From an uncultured Rhodothermales bacterium (GTDB taxonomy: Bacteria; Bacteroidota; Rhodothermia; Rhodothermales; VXPQ01), in contig CBFGRV010000012.1 of the NCBI GenBank assembly GCA_965651265.1, positions 1,401-65,400 on the forward strand: a stretch of DNA of 64,000 bases. Direction: 5' to 3'. A program made the translations under genes and the position numbers. Positions 1-14,339 of this stretch are shown here, piece after piece (the first letter of the stretch is position 1; every line of letters begins with the position of its first letter). The notes under the pieces were generated by a model. The model was not told the DNA's origin and searched no databases. It saw only the letters and a list, made by a program, of their open reading frames with translations.

Positions 1-346
1 AGGCGTGAACATCATGGAGTTCTGCAAGCAGTTCAATGCTGCGACGCAGGACCGCATGGGGCTCGTTCTTCCGGTAGTGATCACGGTGTACGCGGACAAG
101 TCTTTCAGCTTCATCGTCAAGAGTCCGCCGGCCGCCGTATTGCTGAAGAAGGCGGCCAAGATCGAGACCGGTGCCGCCGACCCATTGAGGCAACGCGTCG
201 GCACCGTCACGTGGGAAGATTGCCGGGCTATTGCCCAGCAGAAGATGGAGGATCTCAACGCTTACGATCTGGATAAAGCCGCATCTATGATTGCCGGTAC
301 GGCGCGTTCAATGGGTATCAAGGTAGAGGGCGGTCCGGCGGCGTAA
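1..346 (+). CDS. rplK: 50S ribosomal protein L11 (5'-truncated by window edge)
   Basis: Translation [15 protein letters not shown]...[13 protein letters not shown]...MGIKVEG is the conserved L11 C-terminal two-thirds. It is followed by rplA-rplJ-rplL-rpoBC in the canonical order. Confidence 0.95.
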   Translation, partial: GVNIMEFCKQFNAATQDRMGLVLPVVITVYADKSFSFIVKSPPAAVLLKKAAKIETGAADPLRQRVGTVTWEDCRAIAQQKMEDLNAYDLDKAASMIAGTARSMGIKVEGGPAA

Positions 347-470
347 GCAGTCGAGCCGTGCGTCGAGTCACGGATGACCAGGCCTCCTCAGGCTCTGGCT
401 GAAAGGGGGCGGCGGTAAATAAACTCAGTGGGAGCCCGGCGGGCGTCTGCACCACGAAGAACTGATACTA

Positions 471-1181
471 ATGGCAAAGAGAGGAAAACGGTACAAAGAG
501 GCACTGGAGGCCGTCAAGAGCGCCGGCGGAGCCTTCACGCTCGAGGATGCTTCTGAGCTTGTAAAGACGACCGCCAAGGCGAAGTTTGATGAATCCATAG
601 ACATCGACCTGAGGCTTGGTGTGGACCCGCGCCATGCCGATCAGATGGTTCGTGGATCCGTCGCACTTCCGCACGGCACCGGAAAGGAGGTGCGCGTGCT
701 CGTGCTCGCCAACGAAGCCAAGCAGAGCGAGGCTGAGGCGGCCGGAGCCGACTTCGTTGGCCTCGACGACCTGATCGATCGCATCCAGAACGAAGGATGG
801 ACCGATTTCGATGTCGTAATTGCAACGCCGGACGTGATGAGTAAAGTCGGCCGGCTGGGCCGCGTTCTCGGCCCGCGTGGGCTCATGCCGAATCCGAAAA
901 GTGGAACGGTCACGATGGATGTCGCCGACGCCGTTCGCGAGGTCAAAGCCGGTAGGATCGAGTTTCGGGTCGACAAGAGCGGCAATCTGCATGCGGCTAT
1001 CGGAAAAGCTTCCTTCTCTTCCGACCAGATTCGCGAGAACGCTGAGGCTTTCCTTAAAGAAGTACTGCGCCTGCGGCCCGCATCGGCGAAAGGCACGTAC
1101 ATCCGCTCCGCCACGCTCTCAGCGACCATGGGCCCTCCGATCCCGTTGGACCGGACCGCCGTCGTTAGCAATCTGAGGTAA
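471..1181 (+). CDS. rplA: 50S ribosomal protein L1
   Basis: 236 aa: [11 protein letters not shown]...[24 protein letters not shown]...[29 protein letters not shown]. Typical L1 sequence in the expected synteny. Confidence 0.95.
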   Translation: MAKRGKRYKEALEAVKSAGGAFTLEDASELVKTTAKAKFDESIDIDLRLGVDPRHADQMVRGSVALPHGTGKEVRVLVLANEAKQSEAEAAGADFVGLDDLIDRIQNEGWTDFDVVIATPDVMSKVGRLGRVLGPRGLMPNPKSGTVTMDVADAVREVKAGRIEFRVDKSGNLHAAIGKASFSSDQIRENAEAFLKEVLRLRPASAKGTYIRSATLSATMGPPIPLDRTAVVSNLR

Positions 1182-1218
1182 TCGCCAATCGATTCGACCC
1201 GTCATTTGGGACGCAACT

Positions 1219-1758
1219 ATGCCTAAGACCAGAACCGACAAGGAGGCCCTCGTTGACGAGATCGTGCAGACGCTCGAGTCGCGGCCCGTTGTCTACCTCA
1301 CCAATTATTCAGGCCTCTCCGTCGCTCAAGCCAGCGAGCTCAGGAATCGATTTCGCGAGAGCGGCGTCGAGTATCGGGTCTATAAGAATACGTTGATCCG
1401 TCTCGCGATGGAGCGGATCGGGGGCTACGATGAGCTGATCGATCAGCTCAACGGACCCACGGCCGTCGCCTTCGCCGAGGAGCCTGCGGCGCCTGCGAGG
1501 GTGATCAAAAAATTCGTCAGCGAGAAGTCCGTCGAGCGGCCGGAGCTGAAGGCTGCTTATGTGGATGGTGCTTTCTTCGCGGCCGACGCGTTGGATGCGC
1601 TGGCAGCGCTCAAGTCCAAGGATGAACTCCTGGGTGATATCCTCGGGCTCCTGATGTCACCGATGAACAACGTCGTCAGCGCTATCCAGGCACCGGCCAG
1701 TACGCTCGCGGGAGCCATCCGGGCCATCGCCGAAAAAGAAGAACAGGCCGAAGCTTGA
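1219..1758 (+). CDS. rplJ: 50S ribosomal protein L10
   Basis: 179 aa: Y(L)TNYSGLSVAQASELRNRFRESGVEYRVYKNTL motif. Lies between rplA and rplL. Confidence 0.93.
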   Translation: MPKTRTDKEALVDEIVQTLESRPVVYLTNYSGLSVAQASELRNRFRESGVEYRVYKNTLIRLAMERIGGYDELIDQLNGPTAVAFAEEPAAPARVIKKFVSEKSVERPELKAAYVDGAFFAADALDALAALKSKDELLGDILGLLMSPMNNVVSAIQAPASTLAGAIRAIAEKEEQAEA

Positions 1759-1918
1759 GCCTAATACGCTCAGAAGAGACAAGGCGATCAGACCTCCGAC
1801 CTTTGACTTCTGACCTGCGGCCACCAGATAACACACTTACAACCACACCAACCAATCCCTTAATGCGCAGCGCAGTCGCCAAATCGAGGCGACCGTGACC
1901 GCTGCAGGAGACAACGCA

Positions 1919-2302
1919 ATGGCAGATATCAAGAAACTCGCTGAGGAGCTCGTAAGCCTGACCATCAAGGAAGCGAGCGATCTCGCCAATCTTCTCGAAG
2001 AGGAGTATGGAATCAAGCCGGCGCAAGCTGCCGTCGCCGTGGCCGCAGGTGCGGTACCCGGCGGTGACGGCGCTGCCGCCGCTGAGGAGAAGACGGAGTT
2101 CGACGTCGTGCTGAAGTCGGTCGGCGGAAACAAGATCGCCGTCATCAAAGAGGTGCGAAGCCTCACGGGTCTGGGCCTCAAGGAGGCCAAGGAGCTTGTG
2201 GACGGCGCACCGAATACGATCAAAGAAGCAGTCGGCAAGGACGAAGCCCAGGAGATCAAGGCCAGGTTGGAAGAGGCAGGCGCTGAGGTCGAACTTTCGT
2301 AA
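1919..2302 (+). CDS. rplL: 50S ribosomal protein L7/L12
   Basis: [31 protein letters not shown]...[47 protein letters not shown] prefer the ATG at 1919, preceded by AGGAG at 1906-1910, over the track start at 1895. Confidence 0.93.
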   Translation: MADIKKLAEELVSLTIKEASDLANLLEEEYGIKPAQAAVAVAAGAVPGGDGAAAAEEKTEFDVVLKSVGGNKIAVIKEVRSLTGLGLKEAKELVDGAPNTIKEAVGKDEAQEIKARLEEAGAEVELS

Positions 2303-2357
2303 CAACTTCGCTGTCGGCTGCAGTCTCCGGCCCGCAGTCGCAAATGGAATGTGTCGG

Positions 2358-2390
2358 AAGCCGACCCCGATCGACTCGGGGCCGGCTTTT
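2358..2390 (+). terminator. Putative intrinsic terminator/attenuator between rplL and rpoB
   Basis: 13-bp stem (2358-2370 pairs with 2376-2388, one A-C mismatch), 5-nt loop and a short T-run ending at 2390. The position matches the partial terminator known downstream of rplL in E. coli. Confidence 0.5.
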
Positions 2391-2770
2391 GGCGCTTGAA
2401 ACAGGAAGTCGAGGGAGGGATGTGTGAAACATGTTGCACGGTGCGCCGTAGACTAGCCGATGCACCTCTCTCAGCCACGCAGATTAGTGCGCGGTCGCGC
2501 CGCGCCCGGAATGAGAGTTCAAGAGCAAACTCGCCGGTTGTCTCAGGTCGCCAATCGACCGGCATCCAGGTGGCTGAACAGCACTCCCCCTTCCTCGGAG
2601 ACCTCCATACTCGAACGAGAACCCGGCCGAGGAAGAAGACACTGTATGGTCCCCGAAAAATCGCGAACGCCCACGGCGGAATGATCCTTCGTGCACTGCG
2701 GTATCGCGTCGACTTCTCTCGACGCCTCCCTACCACTCAGCGTTCGTAAACAACGCAAGCTACACAATCT

Positions 2771-5700
2771 ATGCTGCACACAAACGGTCAAGCAACGGAC
2801 GGAAAGCGCAAAAACTTCGCTCGTATTCACGCCGTTCATGACTATCCGGACTTTCTGGATATCCAGCTGAAATCGTTCCGGGAATTCGTCCAGGACGACG
2901 TGGCGCCGGAAGAACGAGAGGACATCGGTCTTCAGGCCGTCTTTAAGGAGCATTTCCCCATTCAGGATAGCCGCGAGCGCTATACCCTCGAGTTCATTCA
3001 CTATTCCCTCGATGCTCCCAAGCACTCCGTCGAAGAGTGCATCGCCCAGGGACTTACGTACTCGGTTCCACTGAAGGCAAAGCTCCGCCTCTCCAGCAAG
3101 GAAGATGAGGATGAGGACGAGGCAGAAGAGGCCATCGAGCAGGAGGTCTATCTCGGTAACCTCCCGTTCATGACGGAGCAAGGCACCTTCGTAATCAACG
3201 GCGCCGAACGCGTCGTTGTGTCACAGCTGCATCGGAGTCCAGGCGTCTTCTTCGGCTCCAGTATCCATCCGAACGGCACGCAGCTGTTCTCGGCCCGCGT
3301 CATTCCATTCCGGGGCTCATGGATAGAGTTCTCCACGGACGTGAGCAATGTGATGTGGGCCTATATCGATCGGAAGAAGAAGCTTCCGGTCACGACACTG
3401 CTAAGGGCACTCGGATACTCATCGAACGATGACCTCGTCGGCATCTTTGACCTGGCCGATGAGGTGAGCGTCAAGACCAAGAAGGCCTTCAAGAGCGTTG
3501 TGGGCCGTCGACTTGCCGTTTCTGTCACCGTCGATCAGATCCACGAAATCATCGATGAGGATACCGGTGAAGTCATCGAAGAGCGGAAGGAGCGCAAGGT
3601 GCTCTTTCCAGCCGATCACGAGCTGACTGAGGAGAACTACGACACGCTGAAGGAAGCCGGAATCGCCAAGGTCTACCTGGTGAAGGAGGATGAGGAAGAG
3701 GAGCTCGACAAGTCAACGCTCGTCGAGACGCTGCGAAAGGATCCCGCGCACTCGCAGGCGGAAGCGCTCGAGTACATGTACATGCAGCTGCGGGGTAGCG
3801 AGGCACCCGATCTCGATACGGCCCGGGGCGTCCTGGACAGGCTCTTCTTCAGCGAAAAGCGCTATGACCTGGGCGACGTCGGACGGTATCGCATCAATAA
3901 GCGGCTCAAGCTTGATGTGCCCAGCGACACGCTGACGCTCACTCCGGAGGATATCATCGCGATCGTACGCGAGCTGGTCAACCTCCAGAACGGCAAGAGT
4001 AACGTCGACGACATCGACCACCTCGGAAACCGTCGAGTGCGCACAGTAGGGGAGCAGCTCGCAAGCCAGTTCTCGCTCGGCCTGGCACGAATGGCCCGCA
4101 CGATTAAGGAGCGGATGAATCTGCGCGATGCGGAGAGCTTCACACCGCAGGATCTTGTCAATGCCCGGACCGTGTCGAGCGTCATCAATACGTTCTTCGG
4201 CACCAACCAGCTTAGCCAGTTCATGGATCAGACGAATCCGCTGGCCGAGCTTACTCACAAGCGGCGCATGTCGGCGCTTGGGCCGGGCGGCCTTACGCGG
4301 GAGCGAGCGGGCTTCGAGGTACGGGACGTGCACTACACGCATTACGGCCGGCTCTGCCCGATCGAGACGCCGGAAGGCCCGAACATCGGTCTGATTTCAT
4401 CACTGTGTGTGCATGCGAGAATCAACGACTTCGGCTTCATCGAGACGCCGTATCGCGTGGTCAAGAACGGCCGCGTCACCAATGAAATCGTTTGGCTGAC
4501 CGCCGAAGAGGAAGACAACGCCGTCATCGCACAGGCGAACGCTCCTCTGGACTCGAAGGGCAGGTTCGAGAATGATTACGTCAAGTGCCGATTCCGCGGC
4601 GACTTCCCGATTGTTCCGCCCGACGAGGTCGAGTACATGGACGTCGCACCGAATCAGATCGTATCGCCTGCGGCCAGCCTGATTCCTTTCCTCGAGCACG
4701 ATGACGCCAACCGCGCGCTTATGGGATCGAACATGCAGCGGCAGGCTGTTCCGCTGTTGCGATCCGAGGCGCCGACCGTGGGTACGGGCCTCGAAGGTCG
4801 AGTCGCCCGGGATTCGCGAGCGGTATTGGTGGCTGAAGGTGATGGTGTCGTCGAGTTCGTCGATGCCACGCGTATCGTCATCCGCTATGATCAGGATGAA
4901 GAAGATGCGGATCTCAACTTCGAGGACCCCGTGCGCGAGTACAAACTGATCAAGTTCCGTCGTACGAACCAGGATACCAGCGTCAACCAGAAGCCTATAG
5001 TCAAGAAAGGGCAGCGGGTGGAAAAGGGTACGGTGCTGACGGATGGCTTCTCGACGGACCAAGGTGAGCTGGCACTCGGTAAGAACGTGCTCGTGGCCTT
5101 CATGCCGTGGCGAGGCTACAACTTCGAGGATGCCATCGTACTCTCCGAGCGGCTCGTGACCGACGACGTCTACACGTCTGTTCACATCGAGGAGTTCGAG
5201 CTTCAGGTGCGCGATACGAAGCGTGGTGAGGAGGAGCTCACGCGCGAGATCCCGAACGTTTCGGAAGAGGCCACCAAAGACCTCGACGAGCGCGGCATCA
5301 TTCGTGTTGGTGCGGAGGTCAATGCCGGAGACATCATCGTCGGCAAGATTACGCCCAAGGGCGAAACCGATCCGACGCCCGAGGAGAAGCTTCTCCGCGC
5401 CATCTTCGGCGACAAGGCCGGGGACGTCAAGGATGCGTCGCTAAAGGCGCCTCCGGGTATGAAGGGCGTGGTTATCGATACCAAGCTATTTAGCCGGCGC
5501 AAGCTCGATCCGGCCTCGAAGAAGATCGAGCAGCAGCGGCTGGCCGACATCGATGACCGCTACTCGAGGGCGATGACGGAACTGACCAGTAGGTTCTGGG
5601 AGAAGTTCTTCAAGCTCACTGACGGGAAGACATCCGCAGGCATCGAGGATCGTGACGGGCGCGTCGTGGTTTCGGCCGGCGCCAAGCTGACCCCCGAGGC

Positions 5701-6604
5701 CTTTGCCGAGGTGCAGCCCAGTCAACTCAGCGTTCGTCAGGAGATGACGGACGACAAGAAGCTCAACGAGAAGCTCCGCAAACTCCTGCGCAACTACCAG
5801 CGGGTCCACAACCGCATCGAAGGGGAAATGAAGCGGGAGAAGCACCAGGTCCAGATGGGTGACGAGCTCCCACCGGGCATCGTGCAGCTTGCGAAGGTCT
5901 ATGTCGCGCGCAAGCGCAAAATCCAGGTGGGCGACAAGATGGCCGGCCGCCACGGAAACAAGGGTGTCGTTGCCAAGATCGTTCCTGTCGAGGACATGCC
6001 GTTCCTCGAAGATGGAACGCCCGTGGACATCCTGTTGAACCCGCTGGGTGTGCCTTCCCGAATGAACCTGGGGCAGATCTTCGAGACGCTTCTTGGCTGG
6101 GCAGGGAAGAAGCTCGGCACTACGTTCGCGTCGCCGATCTTCGATGGCGCTACCATGGATGACATCAATGAGCAGCTCGAGAAGGCAGGACTGCCGGTCG
6201 ACGGACGCGCGCAGCTCTATGACGGCCGCACCGGCGAACCCTTCGACGAGAAGACGACGGTTGGCTACATCTACATGTTGAAACTCAGCCACCTCGTCGA
6301 AGACAAAATCCACGCCCGCAGCATCGGCCCATACAGCCTCATCACCCAGCAACCACTCGGTGGTAAGGCGCAGTTCGGCGGGCAGCGACTCGGGGAGATG
6401 GAGGTTTGGGCACTCTATGCATACGGCGCTGCCCATACGCTCCAGGAGATGCTGACGTACAAGTCAGACGACGTTCAGGGCCGCTCAAAGGCCTACGAGG
6501 CCATCGTGAAAGGTGAGAACATGCCAGAGCCAGGCATTCCTGAAAGCTTTCAGGTGCTCGTTCGAGAGCTTCAGGGGCTGGGACTCGAAGTCAGACTGGA
6601 TTGA
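2771..6604 (+). CDS. rpoB: DNA-directed RNA polymerase subunit beta
   Basis: 1277 aa with hallmark motifs ([41 protein letters not shown]). Contains acidic lineage-specific inserts. Confidence 0.98.
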   Translation: MLHTNGQATDGKRKNFARIHAVHDYPDFLDIQLKSFREFVQDDVAPEEREDIGLQAVFKEHFPIQDSRERYTLEFIHYSLDAPKHSVEECIAQGLTYSVPLKAKLRLSSKEDEDEDEAEEAIEQEVYLGNLPFMTEQGTFVINGAERVVVSQLHRSPGVFFGSSIHPNGTQLFSARVIPFRGSWIEFSTDVSNVMWAYIDRKKKLPVTTLLRALGYSSNDDLVGIFDLADEVSVKTKKAFKSVVGRRLAVSVTVDQIHEIIDEDTGEVIEERKERKVLFPADHELTEENYDTLKEAGIAKVYLVKEDEEEELDKSTLVETLRKDPAHSQAEALEYMYMQLRGSEAPDLDTARGVLDRLFFSEKRYDLGDVGRYRINKRLKLDVPSDTLTLTPEDIIAIVRELVNLQNGKSNVDDIDHLGNRRVRTVGEQLASQFSLGLARMARTIKERMNLRDAESFTPQDLVNARTVSSVINTFFGTNQLSQFMDQTNPLAELTHKRRMSALGPGGLTRERAGFEVRDVHYTHYGRLCPIETPEGPNIGLISSLCVHARINDFGFIETPYRVVKNGRVTNEIVWLTAEEEDNAVIAQANAPLDSKGRFENDYVKCRFRGDFPIVPPDEVEYMDVAPNQIVSPAASLIPFLEHDDANRALMGSNMQRQAVPLLRSEAPTVGTGLEGRVARDSRAVLVAEGDGVVEFVDATRIVIRYDQDEEDADLNFEDPVREYKLIKFRRTNQDTSVNQKPIVKKGQRVEKGTVLTDGFSTDQGELALGKNVLVAFMPWRGYNFEDAIVLSERLVTDDVYTSVHIEEFELQVRDTKRGEEELTREIPNVSEEATKDLDERGIIRVGAEVNAGDIIVGKITPKGETDPTPEEKLLRAIFGDKAGDVKDASLKAPPGMKGVVIDTKLFSRRKLDPASKKIEQQRLADIDDRYSRAMTELTSRFWEKFFKLTDGKTSAGIEDRDGRVVVSAGAKLTPEAFAEVQPSQLSVRQEMTDDKKLNEKLRKLLRNYQRVHNRIEGEMKREKHQVQMGDELPPGIVQLAKVYVARKRKIQVGDKMAGRHGNKGVVAKIVPVEDMPFLEDGTPVDILLNPLGVPSRMNLGQIFETLLGWAGKKLGTTFASPIFDGATMDDINEQLEKAGLPVDGRAQLYDGRTGEPFDEKTTVGYIYMLKLSHLVEDKIHARSIGPYSLITQQPLGGKAQFGGQRLGEMEVWALYAYGAAHTLQEMLTYKSDDVQGRSKAYEAIVKGENMPEPGIPESFQVLVRELQGLGLEVRLD

Positions 6605-6696
6605 CGAGTACGACGGCAGGCAGGGGCGGCCCGAGCGGACGCCCCCAGCCGCCGCCGATCGTCCGACATTCGACAATCGATATTTGACAGAGCAAT

Positions 6697-11004
<4,308 letters not shown>

Positions 11005-11034
11005 AGCTGTCCGACGGCAACTCGTGATCTGATT

Positions 11035-11075
11035 AAGCCCCGATGGCATCACGCCGTCGGGGCTTCTTTGCTTTC
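11035..11075 (+). terminator. Rho-independent terminator after rpoC
   Basis: 12-bp GC-rich stem (11035-11046 pairs with 11054-11065, one G-U), 7-nt loop, followed by CTTTGCTTTCC. Confidence 0.7.
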
Positions 11076-11184
11076 CGGGATAACTCACCTGACGCCGGAT
11101 CCAAACGAGTCGATCAAAAACGAAACTCACATAGAACGGTCACGTATCGCCCGAATGTATCTCTTTCTTGAATTATGATAAGAA

Positions 11185-12084
11185 ATGGTCACTCGCGTAC
11201 ACAGTTTCGTCCTCCCGCTCTTGCTCCTGCTCATCGTGGGCCCAGCTCAGGCTGATGAGGTCGTGGACGTCAAGGATACGGTCAAACGATCCTTCAAGGT
11301 CGTCTCCGGCGGGACACTCTACATCGATATCGATCATGGCAACGTCGATGTGACCGCGCATAGGGGGAACGAGATATTCATCGAGGTCGAGCGCATTGCC
11401 AGGACGAACGACCGCAGTACGGCCGAGGACATCTTCAATCGGCACGACCTCACGCTCGAGGAGCAGGGTGGAGATGTGTACATCGAGTCGAGATACGATG
11501 ACAACGACAGCTTTTGGCGTCGCATGCGTTCCGGGGACCGATTGAAGGTCACGGTTCGCGTACAGATACCCCGGGAATACAATCTGGAATTTACCTCTGG
11601 CGCGGGGAACGTAGTGGTCGGAGACATTCAGGGCGACGTCATTGGTCGAACGGGGGCAGGCAACATTACCATTGGCGCGATCGATGGAATGGCGAACGTG
11701 TCCTCCGGGTCGGGCAATATCCACATCGCAGGGGCTCGAGGTCGTGTGGAGGCGAATACAGGGGCCGGGAATGTTCAGGTTCGTGAATTGTCCGGTGAGG
11801 TGAGCGTCAACACGGGTGCCGGCAACATCGAGGTCTACATCACACGGCAGCCCCAGAGCGACTCGAGACTGAACACAGGAGCCGGAAACGTTACCGCATA
11901 TCTGGACGAGGACGTGGGTGTGATGGTCGATGCTGAAGCCAGTATGGGTTCCGCCAAGACCGATTTCCCACTGGCCATTCAGGGAAAGTGGATGTCGAAG
12001 TCATTCGCAGGAAATGTCAACGGCGGTGGTCCGCGACTTCGAATGCGAGCCGGCGTGGGAAACGTTGAACTTCGAAAGCTGTAG
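11185..12084 (+). CDS. Secreted DUF4097-like beta-helix (putative adhesin) protein with GAGN repeats
   Basis: Signal peptide MVTRVHSFVLPLLLLLIVGPAQA/DE. Seven copies of the [ST]G[AS]GN[IV] motif (SGAGNV, TGAGNI, SGSGNI, TGAGNV, TGAGNI, TGAGNV, AGVGNV) with roughly 20-aa spacing in the central ones, as in DUF4097/LiaG-type domains. Confidence 0.6.
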   Translation: MVTRVHSFVLPLLLLLIVGPAQADEVVDVKDTVKRSFKVVSGGTLYIDIDHGNVDVTAHRGNEIFIEVERIARTNDRSTAEDIFNRHDLTLEEQGGDVYIESRYDDNDSFWRRMRSGDRLKVTVRVQIPREYNLEFTSGAGNVVVGDIQGDVIGRTGAGNITIGAIDGMANVSSGSGNIHIAGARGRVEANTGAGNVQVRELSGEVSVNTGAGNIEVYITRQPQSDSRLNTGAGNVTAYLDEDVGVMVDAEASMGSAKTDFPLAIQGKWMSKSFAGNVNGGGPRLRMRAGVGNVELRKL

Positions 12085-12159
12085 GTCCAGCCCGGGATAA
12101 CCTCGTGCTGGCTATGCGCCGTCGCAGGCGGTTCAGCCGCACATACCCAATTTTGTCAG

Positions 12160-12195
12160 GCCGGAGTGCTCAGAGTACTTCGGCTTTCTTCATTT
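12160..12195 (+). terminator. Rho-independent terminator after the DUF4097 gene
   Basis: 11-bp stem (12160-12170 pairs with 12174-12184, two G-U pairs), 3-nt loop, then TTTCTTCATTT. Confidence 0.6.
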
Positions 12196-12360
12196 CCCGG
12201 GGGATCCGAGTGTGAGGCGAAAGCGATTTGGTCTGTGAATTGCACCTCACTTAGCCCGACCCGGATCGCACGTCGTTACGGCAGTGTGGATATGGGTGAG
12301 CGGGTAATTCGGATCAGAACATCCGAAATCTTGTTCTTATAAAAAGCGCTTTCATCGTCC

Positions 12361-12374
12361 CGGTCTGCAGACCG
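12361..12374. promoter_or_regulatory. Perfect 14-bp palindrome CGGTCTGCAGACCG just upstream of the fadD start
   Basis: Read directly from the sequence. It ends 7 nt before the ATG at 12382. This is a candidate operator, and chance occurrence is possible. Confidence 0.25.
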
Positions 12375-12381
12375 TACGTGC

Positions 12382-14322
12382 ATGTCCGAGAGAATCTATA
12401 CCGCTCCGCCGGGTACTGGAACCGATGTCCGGGGCAAGCACCTTCCCCAGCTCCTGTACGAAGCGTGTGAGCGATACACGAACCTGAGGGCGCTAAACCA
12501 GCCGTTTGAGGGTGGCTGGAGACCCTTCTCACTCGATGACTATCGCCGGCATTCTGAAGAATTCGCCCTGGGGCTGCTGGAGCTAGGCCTCGAAAGCGGC
12601 GAAAAACTCGCCATCTACGCCGAAAGCGATGTGTATTTCTGCATCGCCGACATGGGATGCTTGATTGCCGGCGTCGTTGACGTCCCCATCTATCTATCGC
12701 ACGAGCCCCAACACGTCCGGTATGTGATCGACAACTCGGAGGCTCGTGCGGTTTTCGTGTCCACCGTCGGACATCTCGATAAAATCAGGGACATTCTAGC
12801 AGACTGCGACCGCGTCGAGACAGTCATTCTGGGCGAGGGACCAGCCGACAGGAAAATTGAGGACGTTGGGGGCCGGATTCGTGTGCTCTCACTGAATCAA
12901 TTGCGGGACTACGGTCGCCAGCATCTTAGACGAAATGAGTCCGCGCTGCGCACTCTGCTGGATCGACTCTCTCCAAACGATCTGGCAACGATCATCTATA
13001 CGAGTGGTACGACCGGGCTCCCGAAAGGCGTGATGCTCACCCACGAGAACATCTCCCACAATGCACTCACGGCCTTTTCAGGGTTACCAGATTATCTCCC
13101 GGGAGCCGACGGTGAAACGATCGTTTCCTTTTTACCGCTGACACACGTCTTTGCGCGAACGCTGTACTACGGCCACGTGTACCATGGCTCGTCCGTATAC
13201 TTCACTCTGCCCGATGATCTGGCCGAGGCGTTTTTAAAAGTTCGACCCACCATCTTCGCTACGGTCCCGCGGGTACTCGAAAGGATCTACGGAAGGATTC
13301 TCGAGCGGGTAACAACGCTGACCGGCGTCAAAAAGGCGCTGGCGAACTGGGCGATCCGCCTTGCTGAGGGTTATGAGATCGAGCATCCCCCGACAGGCAT
13401 CAATCGCGTACAGCTTGAACTGGCCGATCGCCTTGTGTTCAGTAAATGGCGCCAGGCCATGGGCGGTCGGGTGAAGTACGTGATCTCGGGCGGCGCCGCC
13501 TTGAGCCCGAAGCTCACAAATTTATTCGCCGCCGCCGGCGTCACCATTCTCGAGGGCTATGGACTTACTGAAACAAGCCCCGTGATTACGTTCAATCGTC
13601 CGGGTCGAAACCGGGCTGGAACGGTGGGCGAACCCATCCCGGGCGTCGAGGTGAAGATCGCTGAGGACGGCGAGATTTTGACGCGCGGACCGCACATCAT
13701 GCTGGGATACTATGGAGATGAGGAGCAGACGGCCCAGGTCATCGACGAGGAGGGCTGGTTCCATACCGGTGACATTGGCGTTTTCACGGAAGACGGGCAC
13801 CTGAAAATCACGGATCGCAAAAAGGACCTGTTCAAGCTCTCGACAGGCAAATACGTCATGCCCCAGCCACTCGAGAATCGGCTCACCACACATCCGCTCA
13901 TCGAGCAAGTGGTGATCGTTGGGAGCGGGTACAAGTTCTGTACGGCGCTCATCTTTCCGGATGAGGATAAGGTAAGGGCCCTTGCTCGGGCGAGGGGAGT
14001 GGACGCAAGCCGAAGTATCGAGGAGCTGCTGAGCCATCCGGTCATCGTTAACCGGTACCGCGAGCTCGTGGAGGAGGCGAACACCGGCATGGATCCCTGG
14101 TCTCGCATCAAACGCTTTCGCATCATACCGACGCAACTGACGCCCGAGAGCGGACTCCTTACGCCCACGATGAAAGTGCGCCGAAGCCGCATTCGAGAAG
14201 AGTTCGCCGACGAGATCGAGTCCATGTACGCCGATGATGTGGAAAAGGATGAACGTGTGATCATCGTGGAGCGCATATCGGACCGCGAACCGGCGAGTGA
14301 GGCGCAATCTAGCACGTATTGA
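12382..14322 (+). CDS. fadD: Long-chain fatty acid-CoA ligase (AMP-forming)
   Basis: 646 aa with the AMP-binding motif IIYTSGTTGLPKGVMLTHENI, plus GYGLTETSP and TGDIG...DGHLKITDRKKD. First gene of the beta-oxidation operon. Confidence 0.85.
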   Translation: MSERIYTAPPGTGTDVRGKHLPQLLYEACERYTNLRALNQPFEGGWRPFSLDDYRRHSEEFALGLLELGLESGEKLAIYAESDVYFCIADMGCLIAGVVDVPIYLSHEPQHVRYVIDNSEARAVFVSTVGHLDKIRDILADCDRVETVILGEGPADRKIEDVGGRIRVLSLNQLRDYGRQHLRRNESALRTLLDRLSPNDLATIIYTSGTTGLPKGVMLTHENISHNALTAFSGLPDYLPGADGETIVSFLPLTHVFARTLYYGHVYHGSSVYFTLPDDLAEAFLKVRPTIFATVPRVLERIYGRILERVTTLTGVKKALANWAIRLAEGYEIEHPPTGINRVQLELADRLVFSKWRQAMGGRVKYVISGGAALSPKLTNLFAAAGVTILEGYGLTETSPVITFNRPGRNRAGTVGEPIPGVEVKIAEDGEILTRGPHIMLGYYGDEEQTAQVIDEEGWFHTGDIGVFTEDGHLKITDRKKDLFKLSTGKYVMPQPLENRLTTHPLIEQVVIVGSGYKFCTALIFPDEDKVRALARARGVDASRSIEELLSHPVIVNRYRELVEEANTGMDPWSRIKRFRIIPTQLTPESGLLTPTMKVRRSRIREEFADEIESMYADDVEKDERVIIVERISDREPASEAQSSTY

Positions 14323-14339
14323 GTAGGAGGATAGATTTT

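Noticed and set aside
2351-2749. 132-aa ORF (and antisense 1837-2736, 299 aa) in the rplL-rpoB spacer
   Set aside because: The translation is Arg/Ser/Thr-rich, it spans the terminator-like hairpin, and it has no start context. I treat the region as a structured non-coding spacer.
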